Below are positions 43,386-54,180 of a DNA stretch of 64,000 bases, one piece after another. The notes under the pieces are model-generated. The model saw only the letters and a program-made list of their open reading frames with translations. It was not told the origin of the DNA and searched no databases. Source of the DNA: Candidatus Eremiobacteria bacterium (GTDB taxonomy: Bacteria > Vulcanimicrobiota > Vulcanimicrobiia > Vulcanimicrobiales > Vulcanimicrobiaceae); contig CAVTRC010000001.1 of the NCBI GenBank assembly GCA_963737065.1, positions 384,001 to 448,000 of the forward strand, in the 5' to 3' direction. Position 1 is the stretch's first letter, and every line of letters starts with the position of its first letter. A program made the position numbers and the translations under genes.

Positions 43386-44464
43386 TCGGAGTCTCGATCG
43401 TGTTTGCCGCAGCGCTCAGCACCATGCAAACGGCAGCGATTGCCTCCATCGTGCGTGGAGCCATGGCGACGCAACACCTCACCGGCGTCGAGGTAGGCGT
43501 GGGACGCAACGGCACGTTGCTCTACTCCGGCGGCTTCGGATTACGAAATCGCGCAGCGAACCTTCCCGTCACCGCGGACACCGTCTTTGAGATCGGCTCG
43601 ATTACGAAGCAATTCACTGCGGCCGGCGTGATGCTGTTCGTGCAGCGCGGACGTGTCAGCCTCGATGCGCCGATCGCGCGCTATCTGCCGGACGTTCCGC
43701 ACGCGAAACAGATCACCGTGCGCGAGCTGCTCGACCAAACGTCGGGCCTCGACGACTATCTCGAGAATAAAGCGCTCTACGCGTCCCTCCTCGCGGCAAC
43801 CGTGAAACCGCATCGCATTTCGTACTACGTCCAGCTGGTCGCAAACCGCCCGCTGCAATTCCGTCCGGGTACGAAGTGGGCATACAGCAACACCAATTAT
43901 GCGATCCTCGGCATGCTCGCCGCGAAGATTTCAGGACGATCGTACGAGGCGTACCTGCGGTCCGCGATTCTCAATCCGCTCGATCTGCGAGCGACGGAAT
44001 ATATGGCGACTGCGCCGCCGGCCGGTGCCAACACCTCACAAGGCTATGACTACGTAAAGAAGCACTACGTCAGAGTGCCGCCCTATGACATGTCATGGGC
44101 GAACGCAGCCGGCGCGCTTGCATCCAATGCCGGCAACGTCGTCCGCTGGGACGGCGCGTTCTTCGCCGGCAAGGTGTTGAATCGAAGCAGCGTACAAACG
44201 GCAATTACGCCGCCGGCCGGCATTCCCGTGCTTCCCGGAAAAGACAAACGAAACAACATCGCACAAGGCTACGCATTCGGATGGATGGCCGGTCAAGACG
44301 AGGGCCGTCGCGTCGTCTGGCACAACGGCGGAACGATCGGCGCGCGCGCCATGAATCTCGTCTTCCCATCCGACGGCCTCGAGATCATCGTGTTAACGAA
44401 TCAGTCAACCGCCGACCCCGAAGCAATCGCACTAAAAATCTCGCGCCTACTCTACGACCGCTAA
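43382..44464 (+). CDS. Serine hydrolase (beta-lactamase class C / D-aminopeptidase-like), exported
   Basis: IGSITKQF, YSNTNY, WHNGG. Confidence 0.88.
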   Translation: MIGVSIVFAAALSTMQTAAIASIVRGAMATQHLTGVEVGVGRNGTLLYSGGFGLRNRAANLPVTADTVFEIGSITKQFTAAGVMLFVQRGRVSLDAPIARYLPDVPHAKQITVRELLDQTSGLDDYLENKALYASLLAATVKPHRISYYVQLVANRPLQFRPGTKWAYSNTNYAILGMLAAKISGRSYEAYLRSAILNPLDLRATEYMATAPPAGANTSQGYDYVKKHYVRVPPYDMSWANAAGALASNAGNVVRWDGAFFAGKVLNRSSVQTAITPPAGIPVLPGKDKRNNIAQGYAFGWMAGQDEGRRVVWHNGGTIGARAMNLVFPSDGLEIIVLTNQSTADPEAIALKISRLLYDR

Positions 44465-44482
44465 CGTCCGTACGGCGTCCGC

Positions 44483-46102
44483 TTAACGCTGCAGCCGCCA
44501 CCGCGCGACGTTCCACAACGGTGACGCGGGCGACGGATCGACGCCTTGCAGCGCATCGATGCGGACCACGACTTGACCTTGTTGCCACAGCGGAATCAAC
44601 GGCACTTCGTCAACGACCCGACGCTGAATGACGATCGATTCGCGCCGCCGTTGGCTCCAATCATAGTTTGCGATCGACTCGGCATCCGCTTCCGTCGTTT
44701 GCGGATCGCAGAAACGCGAAAGATTGAATCCGTTCGGCGGCATTTGATCGCACCCGAAAAACCAGCTCATGTCCGGATCCGTTTGCGGGATCAGCTGTAC
44801 GAACGCCATTTCAAATCTGCCTGAAAGCAACGGTCCGCCGTCGTTAGCCGGCGCGGTGAACATCTGAGTCGCGTAGCCGCGCAGCGTCAGTTTCACGCCG
44901 AGTGCGCGCAGAGCTTGTTGCAAGAGCACGCCGAAGTCTGTGCCCTCCGTCTCTTGCAAGTCGTACGTGTAAAGCAGCTCGAAAGGTACGCCGTCGTGAT
45001 AGCGCAGACCGGCCGCTCCTCCGCGCCAGCCCGCCGCATCGAGCAGCGCTTTTGCGCGCGAGAGATCGAACGGCAACGGCCGCACCGAAGCATCGTACGC
45101 AGCACCGAATAAACCGCCTGCGGCATCGTCGTGAGATTGAATGCCACGCGTGGCGGCATGCACGATGCGCGCATAGTCGACGCCTTGCGCAAGCGCGCGC
45201 CGTACGCGCGGGTCGGACAATCGCGCGCTTGCGACGTTGAAAATCAGTAAGACGGCACCCCCGGTACGTTTCTTGACTGCGCTCACGCCGGGAATCGGAC
45301 GAAAGTCATGCGCGTATTGCGCCACCGTCGGGAAGGCAGCGTCCAGCTCGCCCGTGTGCAATTCATCGTACATCGTTGTCACGCTTGGAACGGTTTTCAA
45401 CATGAGATGCGCGATCGATGGCGCTCCGCCGAAATACGTTGGATTGGCCGCGAACCGAATGTAATCGCCGCGCGACCATTGCTCCACGCGATACGGGCCA
45501 CTGCCGATCGGCATCGTATTGAATGCGCCGTGGTTGATGTCTGGGTGCGCCTTCAGCACGTGCTTCGGCAAAACCGGGTAGTTCGTATCCGGCGCAAAGA
45601 AGTCGGAAAGCACGGGCGAGAACCGGCGTTTTAAGCGCACGCGAACGGTATAGGCGTCGGGCGCCGTGACCGTCGCGATGCGATCGTAGCCCGTGCGCGA
45701 CGGCACGTTGGTCGACGGATTCATGATCAGATCGTACGTGTAGACGACGTCCGAGGAAGTGAGCGGCTTCCCGTCTTGCCAGCGCACGCCGTGACGCAGA
45801 TGGTACGTCACCGTTTCTCCATCCGGAGAAATGCCGCGGTTGCCGGCCGATGGAATCGCTTGGGCCAAATCAGGTTGCAAACGCCCACGCGCGTCGACCG
45901 TCAACAAGTATGAGAAAATGAGCGGACCAATCGTGCCCGAGACTGACCCCTCTTCGAGGAGCGGATTGAGCGAGTGCGCTTCGCCGAGTACGCCGATGGT
46001 AAGCGAAGAAGCGTCGGCGTGGCGCGTTCCGTCCTTCGTGCAGCCGGCAGCCACAAGCGCTGCTATCAGTGTTGCGGCGCAAAAGATGATATTTTGGCGC
46101 AC
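44483..46102 (-). CDS. Peptide ABC transporter substrate-binding lipoprotein (family 5)
   Basis: Lipobox AAGC; PDLA..GISPDGETVTYHLR..WQDGKPLTS.DV; IGSGPY. Confidence 0.9.
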   Translation of the reverse strand: MRQNIIFCAATLIAALVAAGCTKDGTRHADASSLTIGVLGEAHSLNPLLEEGSVSGTIGPLIFSYLLTVDARGRLQPDLAQAIPSAGNRGISPDGETVTYHLRHGVRWQDGKPLTSSDVVYTYDLIMNPSTNVPSRTGYDRIATVTAPDAYTVRVRLKRRFSPVLSDFFAPDTNYPVLPKHVLKAHPDINHGAFNTMPIGSGPYRVEQWSRGDYIRFAANPTYFGGAPSIAHLMLKTVPSVTTMYDELHTGELDAAFPTVAQYAHDFRPIPGVSAVKKRTGGAVLLIFNVASARLSDPRVRRALAQGVDYARIVHAATRGIQSHDDAAGGLFGAAYDASVRPLPFDLSRAKALLDAAGWRGGAAGLRYHDGVPFELLYTYDLQETEGTDFGVLLQQALRALGVKLTLRGYATQMFTAPANDGGPLLSGRFEMAFVQLIPQTDPDMSWFFGCDQMPPNGFNLSRFCDPQTTEADAESIANYDWSQRRRESIVIQRRVVDEVPLIPLWQQGQVVVRIDALQGVDPSPASPLWNVARWRLQR

Positions 46103-46119
46103 AAAGCAAAATACTGCTC
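46083..46119 (+). promoter_or_regulatory. Shared promoter/operator motif, copy 2
   Basis: AAGATGATATTTTGGCGC-N8-AAATACTGCTC with TATTTTG-N10-CAAAATA dyad; overlaps the SBP start codon. Confidence 0.65.
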
Positions 46120-46154
46120 AAGCACCGGACGGTCCTGTACCACGGGAGGCAGCG

Positions 46155-47621
46155 TTGCGCATTTTCACCGCCGGCCTCGTCACGGAGACGAATACCTTTT
46201 CACCGATTCCCACGGGGCGAGCAGCGTTCACCCACAACGGCATCGTCGCCGACGACCAGCCCTCCGAATTTGCGTCGATGATCGCTTGGCGCGAGTCGGC
46301 GCGGGGCGAAGGACACGAGATCGCTGAGAGCATTGCGGCGGTCGCGGAACCGGCGGGCAAAACGGTTCGCGCCGTCTACGAAGAGCTACGCGATCGCATC
46401 CTGCGCGATCTCCGGGCCGCGTTGCCGGTCGACGCAGTGCTGCTGTATCTTCACGGCGCGATGGTAGCCGACGGTTACGACGACTGCGAAGGCGACCTCT
46501 TGCAATGCGTCCGGCAAATTACCGGCACGGGTACGATCGTCGGCGCCGAGCTCGACCTGCACTCGCACGTGACCGACGCGATGACGAGCGCTGCAGACCT
46601 CATCATCGCATACAAGGAATATCCCCACGTCGATATCGTGGCCCGTGCCCGCGACCTCTACCGCTTATGCACGCTCGCCGCAGACGGCCGCATCACCCCG
46701 GTGACCTGCGTCTACGATTGCCGCACGAACGGGCTTTTTCCGACGACGCGCGAACCGCTGCGCAGCTTCGTCGACGACATGTTCGCCCGTGAAGGCAACG
46801 ACGTGCTTTCGCTTTCATTGATCCACGGATTTCCGTACGGAGACGTCGCGGGTGCCGGCACGAAGGTGCTCGCGATCTCGAACGGCGATCCGCAGTTGGC
46901 GTTGCGCGTTTCGACCGAATTCGGCGAACGATTCTGCGCGCTCCGTGAAGACGCGGCGTTGCGGGCGTTGCCGTTCGACGAGGCGGTCCGGATCGCGTGC
47001 GCGCAGACGGACGGACGAGTCGTGATAGCCGACATGGCGGACAACGCGGGCGGCGGTGCGCCGGGCGACAGTACCTTTATCCTTGAGGCGCTGCTGAGCA
47101 ATGGAGCGACGAACGCCGTAACGGGCACATATTACGATCCGATCGCCGTTGATTTGTGTTTTGAGGCGGGCATCGGCGCGTCGTTTCCGCTACGAATCGG
47201 TGGCAAACTCGGGCCGGCGTCCGGCGCACCGGTCGATCTCACCGTTACGGTGCGTGCGCTTGCGGAAGAACACGCGCAAGATGCAATGGACGATTCCGGC
47301 GTCGTGCCGCTCGGACGCAGCGCGTGGGTTCACGCTCGAGGTATCGATCTCGTGCTCGCTTCGATCCGCTCGCAAGTCTTCTCGCCTGCAGCGTTTACGA
47401 ATCTCGGCATCAACCTCCACGCCGCAAAGATCATCGTGGTGAAATCCACGCACCATTTCTACGGTAAGTTTGCGCCGCTCGCGTCTCGCGTGCTATATGC
47501 GAGCAGTCCCGGTGCACTCAGCATCGATTTCGAAACAATCCCGTACGTAAAACGCGATCTCGAATACTGGCCGCGCAACAAAAGGACTTCCCAGCGCGAC
47601 CGCCTGATACGCGCTCAATGA
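46155..47621 (+). CDS. M81 family metallopeptidase (MlrC-like)
   Basis: ETNTFSP, LHGAM, DCEGDLL, LDLHSH, YKEYPHVD, DNAGGGAPGD, VVKSTHHF; GGAGG before TTG 46155. Confidence 0.9.
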   Translation: MRIFTAGLVTETNTFSPIPTGRAAFTHNGIVADDQPSEFASMIAWRESARGEGHEIAESIAAVAEPAGKTVRAVYEELRDRILRDLRAALPVDAVLLYLHGAMVADGYDDCEGDLLQCVRQITGTGTIVGAELDLHSHVTDAMTSAADLIIAYKEYPHVDIVARARDLYRLCTLAADGRITPVTCVYDCRTNGLFPTTREPLRSFVDDMFAREGNDVLSLSLIHGFPYGDVAGAGTKVLAISNGDPQLALRVSTEFGERFCALREDAALRALPFDEAVRIACAQTDGRVVIADMADNAGGGAPGDSTFILEALLSNGATNAVTGTYYDPIAVDLCFEAGIGASFPLRIGGKLGPASGAPVDLTVTVRALAEEHAQDAMDDSGVVPLGRSAWVHARGIDLVLASIRSQVFSPAAFTNLGINLHAAKIIVVKSTHHFYGKFAPLASRVLYASSPGALSIDFETIPYVKRDLEYWPRNKRTSQRDRLIRAQ

Positions 47622-48169
47622 AAGACGCACCGGTTCCCGACGTCGGCACGATCCTCAAACGCCTGCGCGAGCGTAATCGGGTTACCGTTCGGGACGTTGC
47701 GGACGCGACGGGCCTTTCGGCGTCGTTCATTCGCGCCTTGGAGCGCGGAGAAACCGACATTTCGCTCGGCCGGGCTGCGCGGCTCGCGAAGTTTTTTGAT
47801 TACGATCTTGGCTCGTTTCTCGGTTTCAGCGCGCAGAGTTCGCGGCCGACGTTTATGGGTCCGGAAACGCGCAAGAAAGTCAACCGCGGACGCGGCATCG
47901 ACTATGAAACGATCCATCTGCCGGGGGTCGACCTCGACTTCATCGCGCTGCTCCTCGCACCGCGCAGCAAGTTCAAGAACGAGCTCGCGCACGAGGGTAT
48001 CGACGTGGTGTACGTGATCGATGGTGAGGTCGTCGTCGTCGTCAACGGCATCGATTATCCGATGAGCGCGGGCCAGTGTTGTGTGTTTGCCGCCGGCTAT
48101 CCGCACTCGCTGCGCAACGACTCGGCGCGCCAAGCGCGCGCAATTTCGCTCACGACGGGGCGGATGTAA
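47618..48169 (+). CDS. XRE-family HTH regulator with cupin domain
   Basis: LKRLRE..VADATGLSASFI..LERG; HEG..YVIDGE..PHSLRN. Confidence 0.88.
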   Translation: MKDAPVPDVGTILKRLRERNRVTVRDVADATGLSASFIRALERGETDISLGRAARLAKFFDYDLGSFLGFSAQSSRPTFMGPETRKKVNRGRGIDYETIHLPGVDLDFIALLLAPRSKFKNELAHEGIDVVYVIDGEVVVVVNGIDYPMSAGQCCVFAAGYPHSLRNDSARQARAISLTTGRM

Positions 48170-49917
48170 TGGGAAATTTCGAACGCGACGTCGTGGCCGC
48201 GCTCGAACGCTATCGCGTCGCCGGACTGGGTTGCGCGCTCATTTCGGATGGATGCGAGCTGCTCTGCCGCGGTTTCGGCACCCGCAGCACCGATCGCAGT
48301 GCGGCCGTTGACGCCGATACGCTCTTCGCGATCGGTTCGGTCTCGAAATCGTTCACATGCGCGGCCACCGCGATGCTCGTTGATGAAGGCGCAGTTGATT
48401 GGGATACGCGCGTCATCGATCGTTTGCCGTCGTTCCGGCTCTTCGACCCGTACGTAACGCGCGAAATGACGATTCGCGATTTGCTCGTCCACCGCAGCGG
48501 TCTCGCGCGCGGTGATTTCATGTGGTACAAAAGCGCATATAACGTCGACGAAGTGTTGCATCGCGCGCGATACCTCGAACCGAGCTGGGCGTTTCGCACG
48601 ACGTTCGGGTATCAAAACATTATGTACGTCGCCGCCGGCGAAGTCATTCGTGCGGCGAGCGGTCTCTCATGGGACGCGTTCATCGATCGCCGCCTTCTCC
48701 AACCGCTCGGCATGACGCGCAGCCGTTCGCATCCACAGTACATCGAAGACATGACGAATGTCGCGACGCCGCACGCTGAACTCGACGACACACTGCGCCC
48801 CATTGCGCACGACTCCGGAACGAACTCCAACGCGGCCGGTTCGATCTATTCCAGCGCGCGCGACATGCTGCGATGGTTGCGTTTGCACCTCGGTGACGGC
48901 ACGGTCGACGGCCGCCGGCTTCTGACATCGGGATCGATGGACGCATTGCATACGCCGCAAATGCTCATTGCGTATGCGTCGCCGTGGAGCGAGATGTTTC
49001 CCGATGCAACGTTCTTGAGCTACGGATACGGGTGGTTTCTCTTCTCCTATCGCGGCCAGACCGTCATCACGCATAGCGGCAACATCGACGGCATGACCGC
49101 CGTTGCGTGCGTCGTTCCCGCTATCGGTTTTGGTTTCGTGGCGCTTGCGAATGCGGACGGGAGCGCATTGCCGCAAGCGCTCGTCTACCGCGCGCTCGAC
49201 GATGCACTGGGCGGCGGCTCCACGAACTGGCTCGTGCGATTCAAGAACCAGCATGACGACGCGCACGAACGTCTCGCTTTCATGCTGAACGACCGGAAAA
49301 ATTCAACGATCGCGGGAACGCGCCCATCGCGTCCGTTCGCTGCGTACGCGGGCGTCTACGAAGATGCTTTCTACGGTACCGCAACCGTGAGCGAGAACGG
49401 CGATGCGCTTGCCCTCGAGTTCATCGGCCTCAACGGCCGGCTCGAACACCTACACTTCGACGCGTTCGTATTGCAACCGGAAAACGAGCTCTTTGCAAAG
49501 TATCAGCCAAGCGTGCGATTCGATCTCGACGACTTCGGCGAACCCTCGGCGTTAACGGTCAGCATCCTCGGCGCACTCGAACTCCATCTCAAGCGCAATC
49601 GCAACACGTTGCAGCCGGGAGCTGCAACAATCGATTCGGCACCGATGCTCGGGCGCTATACCTCTCGCGTTACGGCGGCGTCCATCGCGATCGAAGCGCT
49701 CGATGCGTCGCTAAAGATCACATTACCGGGGGCGCTTGCGGGAGCTACGTCGGCAGAGCGGGTGCTTACGCTCGTTCCGACGAGCACGAGCTCGGCAGCC
49801 ATTACCGGAACGCCGCTTACGGTAACGCTTCACGACCTCCACGACGGCCGATTCAGTTCGCTCGAAATAAAGATGAAACACCAAATGCCGTTCGTGTTTC
49901 GTCGCAGTTCCGATTGA
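48169..49917 (+). CDS. Serine hydrolase with DUF3471-like C-terminal domain, cytoplasmic
   Basis: [39 protein letters not shown] coupling. Confidence 0.88.
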   Translation: MGNFERDVVAALERYRVAGLGCALISDGCELLCRGFGTRSTDRSAAVDADTLFAIGSVSKSFTCAATAMLVDEGAVDWDTRVIDRLPSFRLFDPYVTREMTIRDLLVHRSGLARGDFMWYKSAYNVDEVLHRARYLEPSWAFRTTFGYQNIMYVAAGEVIRAASGLSWDAFIDRRLLQPLGMTRSRSHPQYIEDMTNVATPHAELDDTLRPIAHDSGTNSNAAGSIYSSARDMLRWLRLHLGDGTVDGRRLLTSGSMDALHTPQMLIAYASPWSEMFPDATFLSYGYGWFLFSYRGQTVITHSGNIDGMTAVACVVPAIGFGFVALANADGSALPQALVYRALDDALGGGSTNWLVRFKNQHDDAHERLAFMLNDRKNSTIAGTRPSRPFAAYAGVYEDAFYGTATVSENGDALALEFIGLNGRLEHLHFDAFVLQPENELFAKYQPSVRFDLDDFGEPSALTVSILGALELHLKRNRNTLQPGAATIDSAPMLGRYTSRVTAASIAIEALDASLKITLPGALAGATSAERVLTLVPTSTSSAAITGTPLTVTLHDLHDGRFSSLEIKMKHQMPFVFRRSSD

Positions 49918-49963
49918 CGACATTTCACCCGCACGCGAAGTAATTCGGTGGTACAACGGACTC

Positions 49964-50416
49964 GTGCAGCAGCCGACCCGCCGGGAAGTCCTTCGCGCGA
50001 TCGCCGCGTCCGGCGCGGCCTTTGCCGTCGCACCGGCGCACGTTTGCGCCGCGCTCAACGAAGGGAAGTCTCGACTCGTGATTGCGTGCCTCATCCGCTA
50101 CCAAATCGATCCGTTTCAGCTCGACGCGTTCGCCCAATATGCCGCGAATTGGGCGAAGAGCATTCCTCGCTGTGGAGGCCATCTGATCGGCTACTTCCTT
50201 CCGTACGAGGGAACCAACGATGTCGCGTGGGGCATCATCGGATTCCAGTCGCTGAGCGACTACGAGCGCTACCGCGAGCGGCTGCGCGGCGATGCCGAAG
50301 CGATGGCAAATTTCGAGTTCGCGAAGTCCAAGCGGCTCATTCTGCGCGACGAGCGCAACTTCGTTCGCCTGGCCCCCGGCACGTTTGACCTCCCCGCGCA
50401 GTTAAAGACTATGTGA
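49964..50416 (+). CDS. NIPSNAP family protein with twin-arginine-like leader
   Basis: IRYQIDP..IPRCGG.LIGYFLP.EGTN..F.SL.DYE.YR; N-terminal TRREVL; alternative start GTG 50078. Confidence 0.82.
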   Translation: MQQPTRREVLRAIAASGAAFAVAPAHVCAALNEGKSRLVIACLIRYQIDPFQLDAFAQYAANWAKSIPRCGGHLIGYFLPYEGTNDVAWGIIGFQSLSDYERYRERLRGDAEAMANFEFAKSKRLILRDERNFVRLAPGTFDLPAQLKTM

Positions 50417-52617
50417 GTTTCTTTGTCCGCAAAGACGCCCGCTGGGCCGAATGCCGGGACCCCTCACCGGCGGGCGCAGTCGCGACGCGCCTGCGCGGTC
50501 ATGCGGTCGTTTTTGCAGTCCTCGCGATCAGCGTATTGCTCTGGTACGCCGGCAATACGGCGATCGGCCTGGTCAGCGTTGCAAAAACCGACGGCGTCGT
50601 CACAACGCCCGGCATCACGACGACGATAGCGATCGCGCGCGATCGCCGCGGCGTCCCGCACATCCACGCCGCGACAGAGCACGATCTGTTCTTCGCGCAA
50701 GGATTTACCGAAGCGTCGGACCGTCTGTTCCAAATGGACTTGGCGCGGCGGTATGCGTACGGCCGGCTCAGCGAACTCTTTGGCTCACGTGCGCTTGGGT
50801 TGGACCAAGCAATGCGCGCGGTCGACGTCGCCGGGATTGCACGGCGTCAGTGGAGTTCGGCCGACGCCACAACGCGCGCTGCACTCTTGGCGTTTAGTGC
50901 AGGCGTGAATGAAGCAATCGACGCACAACCGTTGCCCGTTGAATTTCGTCTCTTGCTGTACCGCCCGCAACGGTGGACGCCGTACGATTCCATCGCGATC
51001 GCGACGATGGCTGCCCTCGAACTCAGCGACTCATGGCACGACATCCTCGCGCGCGACGACGCGTGGAGGCGAACCGACCCAGCATGCTATTCCGAACTCA
51101 TTCCACTTTCGGACCCGCGCTACGACGTCACCGTGGACGGAGACACCGACCCCTCTCCTCGACCGGCGAACAGATGCACGAATGAACCATCGATCGCATT
51201 TCGCGGCGCGCCGCGAATCGGAAGCAACGCGTGGGCAGCAGCCGGTTCCCGTGCGCTTGACGGCCACGCACTGCTCGCAAATGATCCGCACGTCGATGTC
51301 TCCATTCCGGCGATCTGGTACGTTATGGATCTGCGCGCGCCGGGGTTCCATGCCGCGGGCGCAACGCTGCCCGGTTTGCCGGGCATCGTGCTGGGACACA
51401 ACGAGCGCATCGCGTGGGGCGCAACCAATGCGCAAGCCGCAACGACGGTCTTATATCGCGGAACGTCTTCTCCGCGCGCGCACGGCGTTGCCGAGTGCTT
51501 TCACGTGCGCTTCTCGCGTGACGTCTGTAGAACGTACTATCGAAACGCAACGGAGTTCTACGTCTCCACCGGCGCTTCGTCGACGATCGCGGTTCGCTGG
51601 CCGGTCTATTGGCAACGGCGCGGCAGCATCACGACGGTGCTCGCGCTCGATCGAGCAAACTCCATTCGAGACGCAATGCACGTGCTCGCCTCGTACCGCG
51701 GGTCGCCGGAAAACTTCCTTGTCGCCGGCCGGGGCGGCGCAATCGCCTATCACCTCGCCGGCCTCATCCCGCTCGACGGAGCGTGGGGACGCCACGCGCA
51801 CCCGCTGTCGTTGCTGCGTACGCCGGTAAAGCTCGTAAATTTTGGCGATCTTCCGCATCGCGATCCCTCGCGCAATGCGATCCTCATCAGCGCGAACAAT
51901 AGAATGTACGGCGAGCATTATCCGCTTCGCCTATCGGCCGCGTTCGAACCGCCGTACCGCGCGTGGCGCATTGCAGCGCTCCTCCACGCGCGCGACAAGT
52001 ACGACGTTTCGTATTTTCGCATGATGCAAAACGATACATTTTCACCGATCGACGCAGAGATCGCTCGCGACCTGCGCGCTGCACAGCTGCGCCGCTGGAA
52101 CGGCCGCTTTGATCCCGAGTCGCGCCTCGCCTCAGCAGCGTACGCCGTCCGAACCGACCTCGAATCACAAACGGGATCGCTCGCGCTGTTGATGCAGCGG
52201 CTGCGCGATCCGGCGCAACGGCAGAGCGTGCAGTTTTCCGTCGACTCGACGTTCTACGGCCCCGCCGCCCGCGGGCCGTGGTCGGTGCAAGGTGCGGTGG
52301 ACGTCGAGCACCCGCTATCGCCGATGTGGTACGGCTTTTTGCGCGGGCGTCCGCTGCCGGGGAACGGCGACGAATATACGATACACGTGCAAGAAACAGG
52401 ATTTGCTCAAGGCTTTCGCGCCGTGTGGAACGCCGGCGATTGGGATGCCGGCGGCATCTCGATTCCGACCGGCGAGTCGGGCGAACCGGGCTCGCCCTAC
52501 TACGACGACGAAGCCGGCGCCTGGATCCGCGGCGAACTGCTTACGCTTCCGTTCTCCGATACGGCAGTCGCGCGAAATACCGTGCATGTATTGCGGCTGC
52601 AGGGTCCAATCCGGTGA
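50413..52617 (+). CDS. Penicillin acylase family (Ntn hydrolase, S45)
   Basis: [37 protein letters not shown]. Confidence 0.9.
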   Translation: MSFFVRKDARWAECRDPSPAGAVATRLRGHAVVFAVLAISVLLWYAGNTAIGLVSVAKTDGVVTTPGITTTIAIARDRRGVPHIHAATEHDLFFAQGFTEASDRLFQMDLARRYAYGRLSELFGSRALGLDQAMRAVDVAGIARRQWSSADATTRAALLAFSAGVNEAIDAQPLPVEFRLLLYRPQRWTPYDSIAIATMAALELSDSWHDILARDDAWRRTDPACYSELIPLSDPRYDVTVDGDTDPSPRPANRCTNEPSIAFRGAPRIGSNAWAAAGSRALDGHALLANDPHVDVSIPAIWYVMDLRAPGFHAAGATLPGLPGIVLGHNERIAWGATNAQAATTVLYRGTSSPRAHGVAECFHVRFSRDVCRTYYRNATEFYVSTGASSTIAVRWPVYWQRRGSITTVLALDRANSIRDAMHVLASYRGSPENFLVAGRGGAIAYHLAGLIPLDGAWGRHAHPLSLLRTPVKLVNFGDLPHRDPSRNAILISANNRMYGEHYPLRLSAAFEPPYRAWRIAALLHARDKYDVSYFRMMQNDTFSPIDAEIARDLRAAQLRRWNGRFDPESRLASAAYAVRTDLESQTGSLALLMQRLRDPAQRQSVQFSVDSTFYGPAARGPWSVQGAVDVEHPLSPMWYGFLRGRPLPGNGDEYTIHVQETGFAQGFRAVWNAGDWDAGGISIPTGESGEPGSPYYDDEAGAWIRGELLTLPFSDTAVARNTVHVLRLQGPIR

Positions 52618-53633
52618 CAATGCTTCTGCTCGGAATCGAGACGTCGTGCGACGATACCGCGACGGCGGTCGTGCGCGACGGCCGTTCGGTGCTTTCGAGC
52701 GTCTCGACGAATCAGGATGAATTCCACGCGAAATACGGTGGCATCGTGCCCGAGATCGCGAGCCGCCAGCACGTTGCGCTCCTCTCGGCGGCCGTAGCCG
52801 ATGCGGTCGAACGCGCGAACTTTACGCTCGACGACTTGGACGGGATCGCCGTAACGCGCGGACCCGGCTTGATCGGCAGTCTCGTCGTCGGCGTCGCGGC
52901 GGCGAAAGCGCTCGCGTTTGCGCTCGACAAACCGCTCTACGGCGTCAATCATCTGCACGGACACATCTTCGCGGCGTTTCTCGATCGTGACGAACCGATT
53001 CCATTTCCGTTTCTCGCCCTGCTCGTTTCCGGAGGCCACTCGCAACTCGTTGATGTCCGTTCACCGATCGACATGCGCATCATTGGCCGCACTCGCGATG
53101 ATGCGGCGGGTGAAGCGTACGATAAAACGGCGCGGCTTCTCGGTCTGTCTTATCCCGGCGGACCGCAACTCGACCGGCTTGCGCGCGAAGGTAACCCGAA
53201 AGCACATCCGTTCCCGCGTCACCGTCCCGATCCGGGAAGCCTCGATCTTTCGTTCTCGGGCCTCAAAACATCGGTTCGCTATTTTCTCGAATCCGACGAA
53301 GGCCGACGGGCAAAACCCGAAGACGTCGCCGCATCGTTTCAAGCGGCGGTTGTCGATGTGCTCCTCGCGCGCGTTTCGCGCGCATTTGAAGACGGCGCGT
53401 ACAACGCGCTCGTGATCTCGGGCGGCGTCGCGGCGAATTCGGCGCTGCAAGAGGCGATCCGGTCGTGGAGCAAACGCAACAGCATCGCGGCCTTCATTCC
53501 GCCGCCGAAATACTGCACCGACAATGCGGCGATGATTGCCGCCGCGGCATATCATCAGCGAGAGGTCGTTGAAGTGGACGCGCTTACACTCTCGGCCGAT
53601 CCCAATCTGCCCTTTGAAATTCGCGCCGCTTAG
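52614..53633 (+). CDS. tsaD: tRNA N6-adenosine threonylcarbamoyltransferase
   Basis: LGIETSCDDT, GGIVPEIASRQH, HLHGH, VSGGHS, DDAAGEAYDK, CTDNAAMI. Confidence 0.96.
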   Translation: MTMLLLGIETSCDDTATAVVRDGRSVLSSVSTNQDEFHAKYGGIVPEIASRQHVALLSAAVADAVERANFTLDDLDGIAVTRGPGLIGSLVVGVAAAKALAFALDKPLYGVNHLHGHIFAAFLDRDEPIPFPFLALLVSGGHSQLVDVRSPIDMRIIGRTRDDAAGEAYDKTARLLGLSYPGGPQLDRLAREGNPKAHPFPRHRPDPGSLDLSFSGLKTSVRYFLESDEGRRAKPEDVAASFQAAVVDVLLARVSRAFEDGAYNALVISGGVAANSALQEAIRSWSKRNSIAAFIPPPKYCTDNAAMIAAAAYHQREVVEVDALTLSADPNLPFEIRAA

Positions 53634-53668
53634 CAACCCTTTTCGCGCAACGTGGTATATCTACAGTC

Positions 53669-54142
53669 ATGATGACGCTACGCCCCGCTTTGATCGCACT
53701 CGCCGCAGCGGCTGTTCCGTTGCTTGCTTTCGCGCAGACGAGCCTGCCGCAGTCGACGCAAGATCGTCAGCAAATTCAAAACTTGCAGTTTCAGGCGAAT
53801 CTGCCGGGAACGAGTGCGGCGGAGCGCACGCAAATCGAGCGTCAGATCAGCCAATTGCAGTACCAAATCAACACGCGCGCGCCGGTGCAGCCGATGCCCA
53901 CGCTGACGCCGTCGTGGAACGGCGGACCGCTATTCAGCGGCGGAAATCTTCCGCAGCTGACCGCGAACCCAACCTTCGCGCCGCTCTCGCCGACGATTTA
54001 CGGCTCGTGCGATTCCGACCGCGCGGTCATCTCGTATTTGACGCAACAGATTTCGCTGCCGACGACGACCCGGCAGGAACGTCTCTACGATCAAAGCCAG
54101 AGCGCGGAACTCCAAAAAGATTTGCGCGCGAAGGGTTGCTAG
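53669..54142 (+). CDS. Secreted Gln-rich hypothetical protein
   Basis: Signal peptide ending AFA; two Cys; fills gap between tsaD and the met leader. Confidence 0.65.
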   Translation: MMTLRPALIALAAAAVPLLAFAQTSLPQSTQDRQQIQNLQFQANLPGTSAAERTQIERQISQLQYQINTRAPVQPMPTLTPSWNGGPLFSGGNLPQLTANPTFAPLSPTIYGSCDSDRAVISYLTQQISLPTTTRQERLYDQSQSAELQKDLRAKGC

Positions 54143-54144
54143 TC

Positions 54145-54173
54145 TTGACGCCGCCAAACGCTCGTGATAGCCT
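54145..54173 (+). promoter_or_regulatory. Sigma70-type promoter giving a leaderless transcript at 54181
   Basis: TTGACG(54145-50)-N17-TAGCCT(54168-73) with extended TGn; ATG begins after a 7-nt gap. Confidence 0.8.
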
Positions 54174-54180
54174 TTGCGCA

